Shown here: piece by piece, positions 33,267-42,056 of the stretch
How the letters are laid out: every line of letters starts with the position of its first letter
Position numbering within the stretch: the first letter of the stretch is position 1
Source: Candidatus Hydrothermarchaeum profundi
GTDB taxonomy: Archaea; Hydrothermarchaeota; Hydrothermarchaeia; Hydrothermarchaeales; Hydrothermarchaeaceae
Assembly (NCBI GenBank): GCA_002011125.2
Contig: MTMF02000009.1
Span: 428,006-492,005, forward strand
DNA length: 64,000 nucleotides
Direction of reading: 5' to 3'
The notes under the pieces: generated by a model
Seen by the model: the letters and a program-made list of their open reading frames with translations, nothing else
Databases searched by the model: none
What the model was told of the DNA's origin: nothing
Program-made: the position numbers and the translations under genes

Positions 33267-33740
33267 TTAAATCCTTATACCGTGTTCTTCTTTCACTGTA
33301 TTAAGCACTATCATCGTATATGTTCTTTTAACATGTTTAGTTGCTAGAATTTTTTTTACAAAATCATTTAGAGAAGAGCGGCTTTTAAATTTGGCAACTA
33401 TCATAGCATCATACTCCCCTGTCACATCATAGACCGCCGTAGCATTCGGCTCTTTCGCGATTTGCTCTTCTATCTCCGGGAGATGACCACCTTCAACCAT
33501 TACCCCTATTAGTGCTACAATATCGTATCCCAGCTTAGAATAATCTATGTCTGGAATAAATCCTCTTATAACTTTATTCTCTTTAAGCTTGCTTACTCTG
33601 TTATATACTGTGCCCTCAGCAACTCCAAGCTTCTCGGCTATCTCACGATAGCTTTTTCTAGCATCAGCTTGAAGTTCTCTAATTATTTTTAAATCCAACT
33701 CGTCGATTTTTACCATGGACTTGAAATGTCCTCTGCCCAT
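33267..33740 (-). CDS. Lrp/AsnC transcriptional regulator
   Basis: DELDLKIIRELQADARKSYREIA HTH; VYDVTGEYD motif. Confidence 0.92.
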   Translation of the reverse strand: MGRGHFKSMVKIDELDLKIIRELQADARKSYREIAEKLGVAEGTVYNRVSKLKENKVIRGFIPDIDYSKLGYDIVALIGVMVEGGHLPEIEEQIAKEPNATAVYDVTGEYDAMIVAKFKSRSSLNDFVKKILATKHVKRTYTMIVLNTVKEEHGIRI

Positions 33741-33761
33741 TATTAATTTTTTCTAAAGAGT

Positions 33762-34304
33762 CTATTTTATTGCTTTTACTCTTAACTTCGCAAAATCTTC
33801 TTTTATTTCAACTTTATACCCCATACTAGGGAGTACTACCTCCAAAAAGGTTTTAACAAATCTTTTTGTAAGATCAGAAAATAAGATAAGCGTGAATTCA
33901 TTTTCTGAGGCTTTGTTTAACTTAAAAAAATTGCATGCCTCAAGTCTTTTAAGAACACCCTCTGCCGTGGGCACCTGCGATGAAAATTGCTCAGAATGAG
34001 ATTTAGCTACTTTTAAGTGATCTTCCCAAAATTTTTCTTTATCGGGAGAAGATTCTATAAATTTTAAGAATAGGAGAAAATGATCTACATCAAGAATTAT
34101 ATGTTCCCCGCTGGATAACATATCAACATAAATTTTAATTCTTTCGCTTCCAAATTCGTCAACAATTTTCTTATTCTCGCTGTAAAATCTGAGAGCCCTT
34201 CTAAAAACTCCACTCTGGGAGAGCTTCATATCTCTCCTTAACTTTTCAAGAAGAGACATTGTTTCTGAGTCTAAAGATATTGTGATTCTAGTTGGAACCC
34301 TCAT
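33762..34304 (-). CDS. Ribbon-helix-helix (CopG-like) regulator with a C-terminal putative ligand-binding domain
   Basis: RITISLD...L..L......SQS.V.RRAL N-terminus; divergent from glnA. Confidence 0.7.
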   Translation of the reverse strand: MRVPTRITISLDSETMSLLEKLRRDMKLSQSGVFRRALRFYSENKKIVDEFGSERIKIYVDMLSSGEHIILDVDHFLLFLKFIESSPDKEKFWEDHLKVAKSHSEQFSSQVPTAEGVLKRLEACNFFKLNKASENEFTLILFSDLTKRFVKTFLEVVLPSMGYKVEIKEDFAKLRVKAIK

Positions 34305-34627
34305 TGGAATAATAGTTGTTACCAAATAGTATAAATTTCATTCTATTCAGAGCTAATTTGAAGAAAATACTATTATTACTGATTTAATTGACATTTCTAT
34401 TTCAAAATAATTAAAATTTCTTTGACGTAGATGGTCTTGAGAATCAAGTAATAGAATAAAGGTTTATTCTACGCCGAAAAAATGACACGTTCAAAGAATG
34501 AGTGAGTATAATCAAAGGATTTCTGAACATTTCATAATTTTTCTTAAAAAGTTTTATATATGTCTTCAATTTTTTCTACAATGTTTTGTGGTTTCATAAA
34601 TATTCCACATGTGTGAGGTGAATATGT

Positions 34628-36001
34628 ATGGCGCGAATAAAAAGCGGATATTCTGATGAAGAAAAACAAAATGCTTTAGAATGTGCTAAAAAAGAGGACG
34701 TAAAATTTGTAAGACTACAGTTTACCGACATTAAGGGTACGTTAAAAAGCACTGCAATTCTAGTTAACGACCTTGAAGACGTATTAGATAATGGGCAAGG
34801 CTTTGATGGCTCTTCTATTTTAGGATACACGCCAATACATGAGTCTGATATGCTGTTAGTGCCTGACCCAAATACCTTCTCAATACTTCCTTGGAGACCC
34901 TCCCCTAAAAGAGTGGCAAGACTTATATGTGACGTATATCATCCTGACGGCAGACGATTCGAAGGAGACCCACGCTATGTAGCTCAAAGAGCTCTCGAAG
35001 AAGCTAAGAAAATGGGGTATATCTTTAACTGTGGTCCAGAACTGGAGTTTTTCCTATTCAAAAAGGAATTTAACCCTGCATTTGGTCCAGAAACCGTGGA
35101 TCATGGAGGCTACTTTGACTTCCATCCACTAGACCTTGCTGAAGACATCCGTAGAGAGATGGTTTTCGACTTAGAAAAATTTGGAATAAGAGTTGAGATG
35201 AGTCACCATGAAGTCTCTCCAAGTCAATATGAAGTAGATTTTCAATATGATAATCTTGTCAAAACGGCGGATAATGTAGTAACATATAAAATGGTAGCGA
35301 AAACGATAGCCCATCTTAACAACTACATAGCAACGTTTATGCCGAAACCTATCTATGGAATCAATGGGTCTGGAATGCATACTCACCAGAGCTTATGGGA
35401 TATTAAAGAAAATAGAAACGCCTTTTATGATCCTGAAAGAAAGAGAGCAGATGCTATGTCTGATATTTTTCTATATTTCATTGGAGGTTTATTAAATCAT
35501 GCTAAAGCTCTTTCAGCAATAGTTGCTCCAACTGTAAACTCATATAAAAGGCTAGTACCAGGATATGAAGCTCCCGTATACATTTCATGGGCTCATAAAA
35601 ACAGGTCAGCTCTAATACGGGTGCCAGAATATTTCCCAGGCATGGAAAAAGCTATGAGAGCAGAGTTCAGGTGTCCAGATCCAAGTTGCAATCCATATCT
35701 GGCATTCGCTGCCATGTGCGCTGCCGGACTTGATGGAATAAGGAAAAAAATTACGCCTCCTGATCCTGTAGAAGCAGATATATTCGAAATGAGTCCCAAG
35801 GAAAAAGCAGAACGCGGTATAGAATCATTACCAAGCACTCTTAAGGAGGCTCTTAACGAGCTGGAAAATGACAAAGTAATTCAGAAAGCCCTAGGAAACC
35901 ACGTATATACAAATTATATGAAAATTAAAAATCAGGAATGGGATGAATATAGAATGTCTGTATCTCAATGGGAACTTGAAAAATATCTAAAGTTCTGTTA
36001 A
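34628..36001 (+). CDS. glnA: Glutamine synthetase type I
   Basis: FDGSSI, GPELEFF, HHEV, FMPKP..GINGSGMH.H, NSYKRLVPGYEAP, NRSALIRVP, EFRCPD motifs. Confidence 0.97.
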   Translation: MARIKSGYSDEEKQNALECAKKEDVKFVRLQFTDIKGTLKSTAILVNDLEDVLDNGQGFDGSSILGYTPIHESDMLLVPDPNTFSILPWRPSPKRVARLICDVYHPDGRRFEGDPRYVAQRALEEAKKMGYIFNCGPELEFFLFKKEFNPAFGPETVDHGGYFDFHPLDLAEDIRREMVFDLEKFGIRVEMSHHEVSPSQYEVDFQYDNLVKTADNVVTYKMVAKTIAHLNNYIATFMPKPIYGINGSGMHTHQSLWDIKENRNAFYDPERKRADAMSDIFLYFIGGLLNHAKALSAIVAPTVNSYKRLVPGYEAPVYISWAHKNRSALIRVPEYFPGMEKAMRAEFRCPDPSCNPYLAFAAMCAAGLDGIRKKITPPDPVEADIFEMSPKEKAERGIESLPSTLKEALNELENDKVIQKALGNHVYTNYMKIKNQEWDEYRMSVSQWELEKYLKFC

Positions 36002-36011
36002 AATGTATATC

Positions 36012-36042
36012 AGGGGTGCCATAGTGGTCTCCCCTCTTTTTT
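36012..36042 (+). terminator. GC-rich hairpin plus T-tract after glnA
   Basis: AGGGGTGCCA-TAG-TGGTCTCCCCT followed by CTTTTTT. Confidence 0.55.
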
Positions 36043-36144
36043 ATATATTTAAGAGAGTTTATGAACTTTTCACAAATAATTTTATAAATTAATTTTTGTA
36101 GTTATCAACTCCTCTAATTAGAAAAATTAGGGGTATAAATTAGG

Positions 36145-37320
36145 ATGAATACTTATAAATTTACAAAAAGATCGAATTATGCCTTTAGAGACTCTGGCGC
36201 CTGCGGGATTACTGCATTATTCAATTTAGATTTAGAACCAGTAAGTGGAGAAAAAATAAAGGACATGATCTGTGTAATGCGGGAGAGGGAAAATGGACAA
36301 GGCGCTGGATTCTCGGTCTATGGACTTTTTCCGGAATATCAAGATCAGTATTGCATTCAGCTTATACTTGAAGATATCCCAGAACGCCCTCCTGCCAAAG
36401 AAAGGGTAGAAGACTTCCTCTCTTCATGCACTGATATCGTAAAGGAGGAAAAGGTACCAGTGGATTCAAATGTTTTCAGGGAGTATCCTCTCGTATGGAG
36501 ATTCTTTGTTGAACCTAAGTGTGTCTCTGGAGAAGAAGACGATATGATGAAGAATATCATGATGTACATAAATGACAGGATTGACGGCGCCTTTTGTATG
36601 AGCGGCGGTAAGAATATGGCAGTATTTAAGGGTGTAGGCTGGTCGGACGAAATTGCAAAATTTTACAGGATTGAAGACTTGAAAGGTTATATGTGGAGTT
36701 TTCATTCACGTTTTCCAACAAACACGCCAGGATGGTGGGGTGGTGCTCATCCGTTTTCTATACTGGGCCATGCAGTTATCCATAACGGCGAGATCACGTC
36801 CTACGGAACAAACGTGGAATACCTAAGGGAACTTGGGTATACGTGTACATTGATGACCGACACAGAGCCTCTGATTTATATTTTCGACTATATAGTCAGG
36901 AAAAGCGGGTATCCATATAAAATAGCACTTCAAACTGCCACAATGGCAATGGCTCCTCCATATTGGAGGGATATTGATAGAATGGATCCCATTCTGAAAA
37001 AATGGGTTGCCTCTATTAGAATAACGCATAGGTGGGCCATGGCTAATGGTCCTTTTAGTATCGTATTAACAACCAATATGCCAAGACCTACTATGATCGG
37101 ACATTCGGACAGAAAAAAACTTAGACCGCTAATTGCAGCTCTTTCTGAAGATGAAAAGACATTTTATTTAGCAAGCGAACTCAACGCTATTCACGAAGTG
37201 GATAATACAAGCAACTACTGGCAACCAGACCCTGGAAGACCGGTTATTGCAACTGAAGACGGAGTAATGTTGAAAGGATCTGATAGGGATATCTATAAAT
37301 TTGCGGAGGTTCTTAAGTGA
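36145..37320 (+). CDS. Glutamate synthase glutamine amidotransferase subunit (GltB1, Ntn type)
   Basis: ACG nucleophile after a short propeptide, HSRFPTNT, AHPF, HNGEI, TDTE, D...LRP motifs. Confidence 0.88.
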   Translation: MNTYKFTKRSNYAFRDSGACGITALFNLDLEPVSGEKIKDMICVMRERENGQGAGFSVYGLFPEYQDQYCIQLILEDIPERPPAKERVEDFLSSCTDIVKEEKVPVDSNVFREYPLVWRFFVEPKCVSGEEDDMMKNIMMYINDRIDGAFCMSGGKNMAVFKGVGWSDEIAKFYRIEDLKGYMWSFHSRFPTNTPGWWGGAHPFSILGHAVIHNGEITSYGTNVEYLRELGYTCTLMTDTEPLIYIFDYIVRKSGYPYKIALQTATMAMAPPYWRDIDRMDPILKKWVASIRITHRWAMANGPFSIVLTTNMPRPTMIGHSDRKKLRPLIAALSEDEKTFYLASELNAIHEVDNTSNYWQPDPGRPVIATEDGVMLKGSDRDIYKFAEVLK

Positions 37321-38855
37321 CAGCACCAAGAGACAAGCTGCTTCCTAGATTTAAAACAATTATAGATTATGATAGGTGTATTGGATGTGGTAAGTGCGGA
37401 GAAAGTTGTTCATACGGGTGTATTTTTTTCGACAAAGAACAAAAAAAGCCTTTTGTTAAAAAACAGGAAAACTGCGTAGCATGCCAAAGATGCGTTATTT
37501 TCTGCCCGAAAGAAGCGATTGAGATACATAACTACCCGGTTTCCTATCCACCTCATGCTCTTTGGAGTCCCTACCACGTACGCAGTATTATAGAACAGGC
37601 ACGCAGTGGAAGCGTTTTGATCTCAGGCACCGGAAATGATAGGCCTTACCCCGTGATCTTCGACTATTTAGTCTGGGATGCCTGTCAAGTTACTAATCCC
37701 TCTATAGATGCTCTTAGAGAGCCTGTAGAAACACGGACATGGCTAGGCAGAAAACCTAAACATCTCAGTATTAAAGAAGTTGACGGTAAATTTGAAATTG
37801 ATGATTTCCCTCCTAATGTAATGCTTTCTACTCCACTTATAATAGGACACATGAGCTTAGGATCTTTGAGCTATAATGCGATAACATCAATGTATAAAGC
37901 AGTAAAAGAGGTAGGCACTTTGATGGGTACTGGAGAGGGAGGTCTTCATAAGGACCATTATATTTATAAGGACAGGTTAATAGGAGAAGTCGCAAGCGGT
38001 AGATTTGGAGTTAGTCCTGAATACCTGGATATTGCGGCTTTAGAAATAAAAATAGGACAAGGAGCAAAGCCCGGACATGGCGGGCAACTTCCTGGCGAAA
38101 AAGTAACGGAATTAATTTCTGAGACTAGAGGCATACCAGTTGGAACTGACGCTCTTAGCCCTAATCCTCAACACGATATATACTCAATTGAAGACCTTAA
38201 AACTTTAATAGCTGCCCTTCATGAAGCTACCGAATACCGGATACCTGTTGGAGTTAAGATTGCGGCTGTCAATAACGTTGCAGCTATAGCATCGGGTATT
38301 GTAAGAGCAGATGCTGATTTCATTACAATCGATGGCTTCCGAGGTGGGACTGGTGCAGCTCCAAGGATCCTAAGGGACAATGCTGGTATACCTATTGAAC
38401 TTGCTATTGCATCCGTGGATCAGCACCTAAGAGATGAGAAGCTGAGACATAAAATTACACTAATAGCCGGAGGCGGAATAAGGTCCCCTTCAGATATGAT
38501 AAAAATTATAGCACTAGGTGCGGATATTGCGATGGTAGGAACCGCTCCGCTAATTGCGCTCGGATGCAAGGTATGCCAACAGTGCACTACAGGTAAATGT
38601 TCTTGGGGTATCGCTACTGGAAACCCAGAACTTGGAAAAAGGATTGATATTGAGTGGGGAGCTAGAAGAGTAGCTAATATGCTTAGAGCATGGACAGCCG
38701 AACTAGAGGAAGTACTCGGTACAATGGGGATTGATGCCGTAGAGAGTTTTGTAGGAAATAGAGATAGATTACGGTACTTGGGGCCTAACCCTCATGAAGC
38801 TGAAATTCTCGGAGTTAAACATGCCGGAGAGAGAATAACTAGGGGCGGAGAGTGA
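37317..38855 (+). CDS. Glutamate synthase FMN subunit with N-terminal 2x[4Fe-4S] (GltB2)
   Basis: Two CxxCxxCxxxC motifs, GTGEGG, VASGRFGV, EIKIGQGAKPG.GG.LPGEKV, HDIYSIEDL, CKVCQQC motifs. Confidence 0.93.
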   Translation: MTAPRDKLLPRFKTIIDYDRCIGCGKCGESCSYGCIFFDKEQKKPFVKKQENCVACQRCVIFCPKEAIEIHNYPVSYPPHALWSPYHVRSIIEQARSGSVLISGTGNDRPYPVIFDYLVWDACQVTNPSIDALREPVETRTWLGRKPKHLSIKEVDGKFEIDDFPPNVMLSTPLIIGHMSLGSLSYNAITSMYKAVKEVGTLMGTGEGGLHKDHYIYKDRLIGEVASGRFGVSPEYLDIAALEIKIGQGAKPGHGGQLPGEKVTELISETRGIPVGTDALSPNPQHDIYSIEDLKTLIAALHEATEYRIPVGVKIAAVNNVAAIASGIVRADADFITIDGFRGGTGAAPRILRDNAGIPIELAIASVDQHLRDEKLRHKITLIAGGGIRSPSDMIKIIALGADIAMVGTAPLIALGCKVCQQCTTGKCSWGIATGNPELGKRIDIEWGARRVANMLRAWTAELEEVLGTMGIDAVESFVGNRDRLRYLGPNPHEAEILGVKHAGERITRGGE

Positions 38856-38858
38856 AAG

Positions 38859-39698
38859 ATGGGTGAGAATAGACAGATAGTTATAAATGCAAATGAAAAT
38901 GGATGCAAGCTTTATCATAGAGAATTGAACAGGAAAATAAGAGAAGCCATTCAAAACGGTTACAAGCATATTATATTAAAGAATATAATGGGACAGAGAT
39001 TCATAGGGGCTGGGATAAAAGATGATGTAGTCATTGAAATCTATGGAGATGCGGGTCTTGATCTCGGAGTATTCTTTGGAGGTAAACAGATAATCGTTCA
39101 TGGATGTTCGGAATATCTGCTTGGAAATACGCTTAATGGCGGAGAAATTGTTGTTTATGGAGATTCATGGGATATCACAGGTATGGGGGCTCGAGATGGA
39201 AAAATATTTGTAATGGGCAATGGAGGGAGTCGAGTAGGAATTCACATGAAGGAATATAAAGACAAAAAACCGGTTATCTGCTATGGAGGCAAAGTAAAGC
39301 AGTACTGTGGCGAGTATATGGCTGGGGGAATCATAGTTATACTTGGTCTAGATTTCAGAGAAGCTATAATTGACAGAAAAAAGCCCTTAGACCGAGATAA
39401 TATCGATCCAAGTAAGATAAAAAATTATGATGATCCTATTGTTCAATCAGATATTGGTGGAGGGATACACGGGGGAGCAATTTATGTTCGTGGTGAAGTT
39501 CCCAAAGAATATCTAGGGGTATACGCAGTGAAAGAAAAAGCAACGAACGCTGATAAGAGAATTCTAAAACCAATAATTAAAAGGTTTTGTGAACTGTTCA
39601 ACTGCCCTGAAGACCTTATATGGCAGAAGGAATTCACTAAAATAAGGCCGATATCTTCTAGACCATTCGGGAAGCATTATAGTACCGTGCCTATTTAA
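38859..39698 (+). CDS. Glutamate synthase GXGXG subunit (GltB3)
   Basis: GQRFIG, repeated G-rich beta-helix, GEYMAGG, GIHGGAIYVRG motifs. Confidence 0.9.
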   Translation: MGENRQIVINANENGCKLYHRELNRKIREAIQNGYKHIILKNIMGQRFIGAGIKDDVVIEIYGDAGLDLGVFFGGKQIIVHGCSEYLLGNTLNGGEIVVYGDSWDITGMGARDGKIFVMGNGGSRVGIHMKEYKDKKPVICYGGKVKQYCGEYMAGGIIVILGLDFREAIIDRKKPLDRDNIDPSKIKNYDDPIVQSDIGGGIHGGAIYVRGEVPKEYLGVYAVKEKATNADKRILKPIIKRFCELFNCPEDLIWQKEFTKIRPISSRPFGKHYSTVPI

Positions 39699-39736
39699 GA
39701 TAACTTTAATATTGCCCTACGTTTAAAATTAATTAA

Positions 39737-41275
39737 ATGCAACGAAAGATTATTGGCCTACTACTCTTTATCCTTATTCTTTCTTTAACTGCTACTTTCA
39801 CTTTTATGAAAGTAGAGGGTAGAAGCTTTGTTGACTCTGTATATTTCGTTGTAGCTACTATAACGACCGTAGGGTATGGAGATATAGTAGCTGAAACTCT
39901 TGAAGGAAAACTTTTATCAGTATTTTTAATGATTCTAGGCGTAGGTGCTGTACTTTCACTTATACCCTTAGCCTTTAGCTATTTTTTAGAAAGAGGAATT
40001 AGGATAAGTCTCGGGCTTGGAAGCGTACCAAAATTAAAAGATCACATAATAATATGCCGTTACAACGAACTGAGTGGAGAAGCGATAGAGGAAATAAAAG
40101 AGCATGGATTGTCATTCATAGTAATTGAGGATGATGAGGATAGAGTTAGAGAGCTAAGAGAATTAGACTTACCTTTTATAAACGGCGATCCTAGTGAAGA
40201 AAGAATCTTAGAAAAAGCTTCTACTAGAAGCGCGTTGTCAGCTATACTCGCCTCTAAAAATGATTCGGAAAATGTTTTTGTCGCAATGGCTGCTAAAAAT
40301 CTTAATCCCAACATTAGATTAATAGGTATTGTCAATACAAGTGAAAACACTCCAATATATGAGAAAGTAGAAATTGATAAAATTATAGACCCCCACGATA
40401 TTTCTCTCAAAATCCTTAGTAAAAACGCTCTTTCTCCATATGCTGCTGATTTACTTGATAAAATTTCTCTTTTCGCTGATATAAATCTAGGCCAATTCCA
40501 AGTTACCGCCGATTCTCCTCTTTTAGGAAAAACCATTCAAGAAAGCGAGTTTAGGAATAAATCAGGGGCTTCAATTGTAGCTATATGGAGAAAAAATGAG
40601 ATAATCCCTAATCCCTCTTCAAGTGAAATATTTGAAGAAAATGATGTCTTATTAGTTCTTGGAACTTCTACTCAGCTTAAAGAAGCTAAGGCTCTAATTG
40701 AGAAGGGGACAAGAAAAAAGAAAATCAAGGAACTGAGGGAGGAGAAAAAATTAAAACAAAAAGAAGCCGCGAATGAGATTAGAGTTAGATTGCCTAAAGT
40801 AGCTTTAAATACTCTACTAATTCTAGGTTTTTTATTCGCAGTTACTGTAGTTTTTCCCTCAATGGCTGCTGTGTGGAATCTAATACCCCCTGTAGGAACT
40901 GCATTAGGGACCCTATTACCAATAACTGCTTGGATAGTAATAGCTCTTTTAGTATTCAGAATTGCGGAAGACATCAAAGTACTTTTTGAGATCACCTCTG
41001 AAGCAGTAACCGGGCTTTTTCCAGGCGTAGAAGGTTTAAACTTACGAAGAGCGATGAAAGACATAATTTACGCTGCAGCTACGGTTATTTTTTTCACTTT
41101 ACTATCTCCGTTCATCTCTGGAACTCCAACTATAGTTAGAAGCTTTTTCTCAATAGTTACTATAATAATCCCTATACTTTTTCTTTACGATGCTGGTAGA
41201 ATACTGTATGGGCAATTAGCTATAATAGTTGATAGAATAACGGAAAAAGTAGCTGGAGAATTAGAGAAAAAATAA
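39737..41275 (+). CDS. Potassium channel: 2TM pore, RCK-N/RCK-C, extra C-terminal membrane domain
   Basis: TTVGYGD selectivity filter; KDHIIIC RCK start; TrkA-C (SPLLGKTI...IPNP); about 4 hydrophobic helices at the C-terminus. Confidence 0.88.
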   Translation: MQRKIIGLLLFILILSLTATFTFMKVEGRSFVDSVYFVVATITTVGYGDIVAETLEGKLLSVFLMILGVGAVLSLIPLAFSYFLERGIRISLGLGSVPKLKDHIIICRYNELSGEAIEEIKEHGLSFIVIEDDEDRVRELRELDLPFINGDPSEERILEKASTRSALSAILASKNDSENVFVAMAAKNLNPNIRLIGIVNTSENTPIYEKVEIDKIIDPHDISLKILSKNALSPYAADLLDKISLFADINLGQFQVTADSPLLGKTIQESEFRNKSGASIVAIWRKNEIIPNPSSSEIFEENDVLLVLGTSTQLKEAKALIEKGTRKKKIKELREEKKLKQKEAANEIRVRLPKVALNTLLILGFLFAVTVVFPSMAAVWNLIPPVGTALGTLLPITAWIVIALLVFRIAEDIKVLFEITSEAVTGLFPGVEGLNLRRAMKDIIYAAATVIFFTLLSPFISGTPTIVRSFFSIVTIIIPILFLYDAGRILYGQLAIIVDRITEKVAGELEKK

Positions 41276-41393
41276 AATGCGGGAGTAATAAAAGAAAAGT
41301 ATTGGATTTTAAAAATAATTCCAATAGTAAGCGGAGTAAAAAAGAGGTGAATAGGCAAACTCGACTAGGTTACTGGATTATTGCCTAGATGAA

Positions 41394-42056
41394 ATGAAGG
41401 ACCATGTAGTAATTTGTGGTTATGGATATAATGGTAAAAAACTCGCTGAAGAACTAGACAGAAGGAATATTGAATACATCATTATAGATAAGAGAGAGGA
41501 TGCTTTTAAAGAATTAAAAAAAATAAAGACCAAAAAAATTGTAGGAGACGGCAAAGACGAAGAAACACTAAAGAAAGCATATATTAAGGAGGCTAGAACT
41601 CTTCTGATTACTGTAAGCAGTGATGTTGAAGCGGCGTTTATAAGTCTAGTAGCAAAGAAATTAAATCCTTCCCTAAACATAATAGTTAAGGCTAATAAAC
41701 TCGAATCTATTAATAAATTATATCAAGCAGGAGCAACTAAGGTAGTTTCTCCCCTAGTTATCGGCGGAAAACTCGCAGCAAAATACGCTATTCGGCCCTT
41801 TGTAGCAGAGTTTCTAGATATGATAACTTTTACAAAGGATCTAGATATAACACAATTTAAAGTTGAAAAAGACTCACATTTTAACAATAAAAAAATAAAA
41901 GATCTAAATCTCTCTCAAAAGAAGATTTCAATATTAGCCATATATAGAAAAGGAAATCTACTTCCCAATCCTTCCCCAGACCTAGAACTCAAGCCAGAGG
42001 ATATTGTTGTAATCCTAGGATCCTCGAAGGAGATTAGAGAATTAACCCATCACTAA
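41394..42056 (+). CDS. Soluble TrkA/KtrA-like RCK protein
   Basis: [34 protein letters not shown] motifs; no TM segment. Confidence 0.88.
   Translation: MKDHVVICGYGYNGKKLAEELDRRNIEYIIIDKREDAFKELKKIKTKKIVGDGKDEETLKKAYIKEARTLLITVSSDVEAAFISLVAKKLNPSLNIIVKANKLESINKLYQAGATKVVSPLVIGGKLAAKYAIRPFVAEFLDMITFTKDLDITQFKVEKDSHFNNKKIKDLNLSQKKISILAIYRKGNLLPNPSPDLELKPEDIVVILGSSKEIRELTHH

Noticed and set aside
41276-41393. Riboswitch or leader peptide between the K+ channel and the RCK gene
   Set aside because: Only short inverted repeats (TATTGGA/TCCAATA, TAGGCAA/TTGCCTA) and a 13-codon GTG ORF; no recognisable aptamer consensus.
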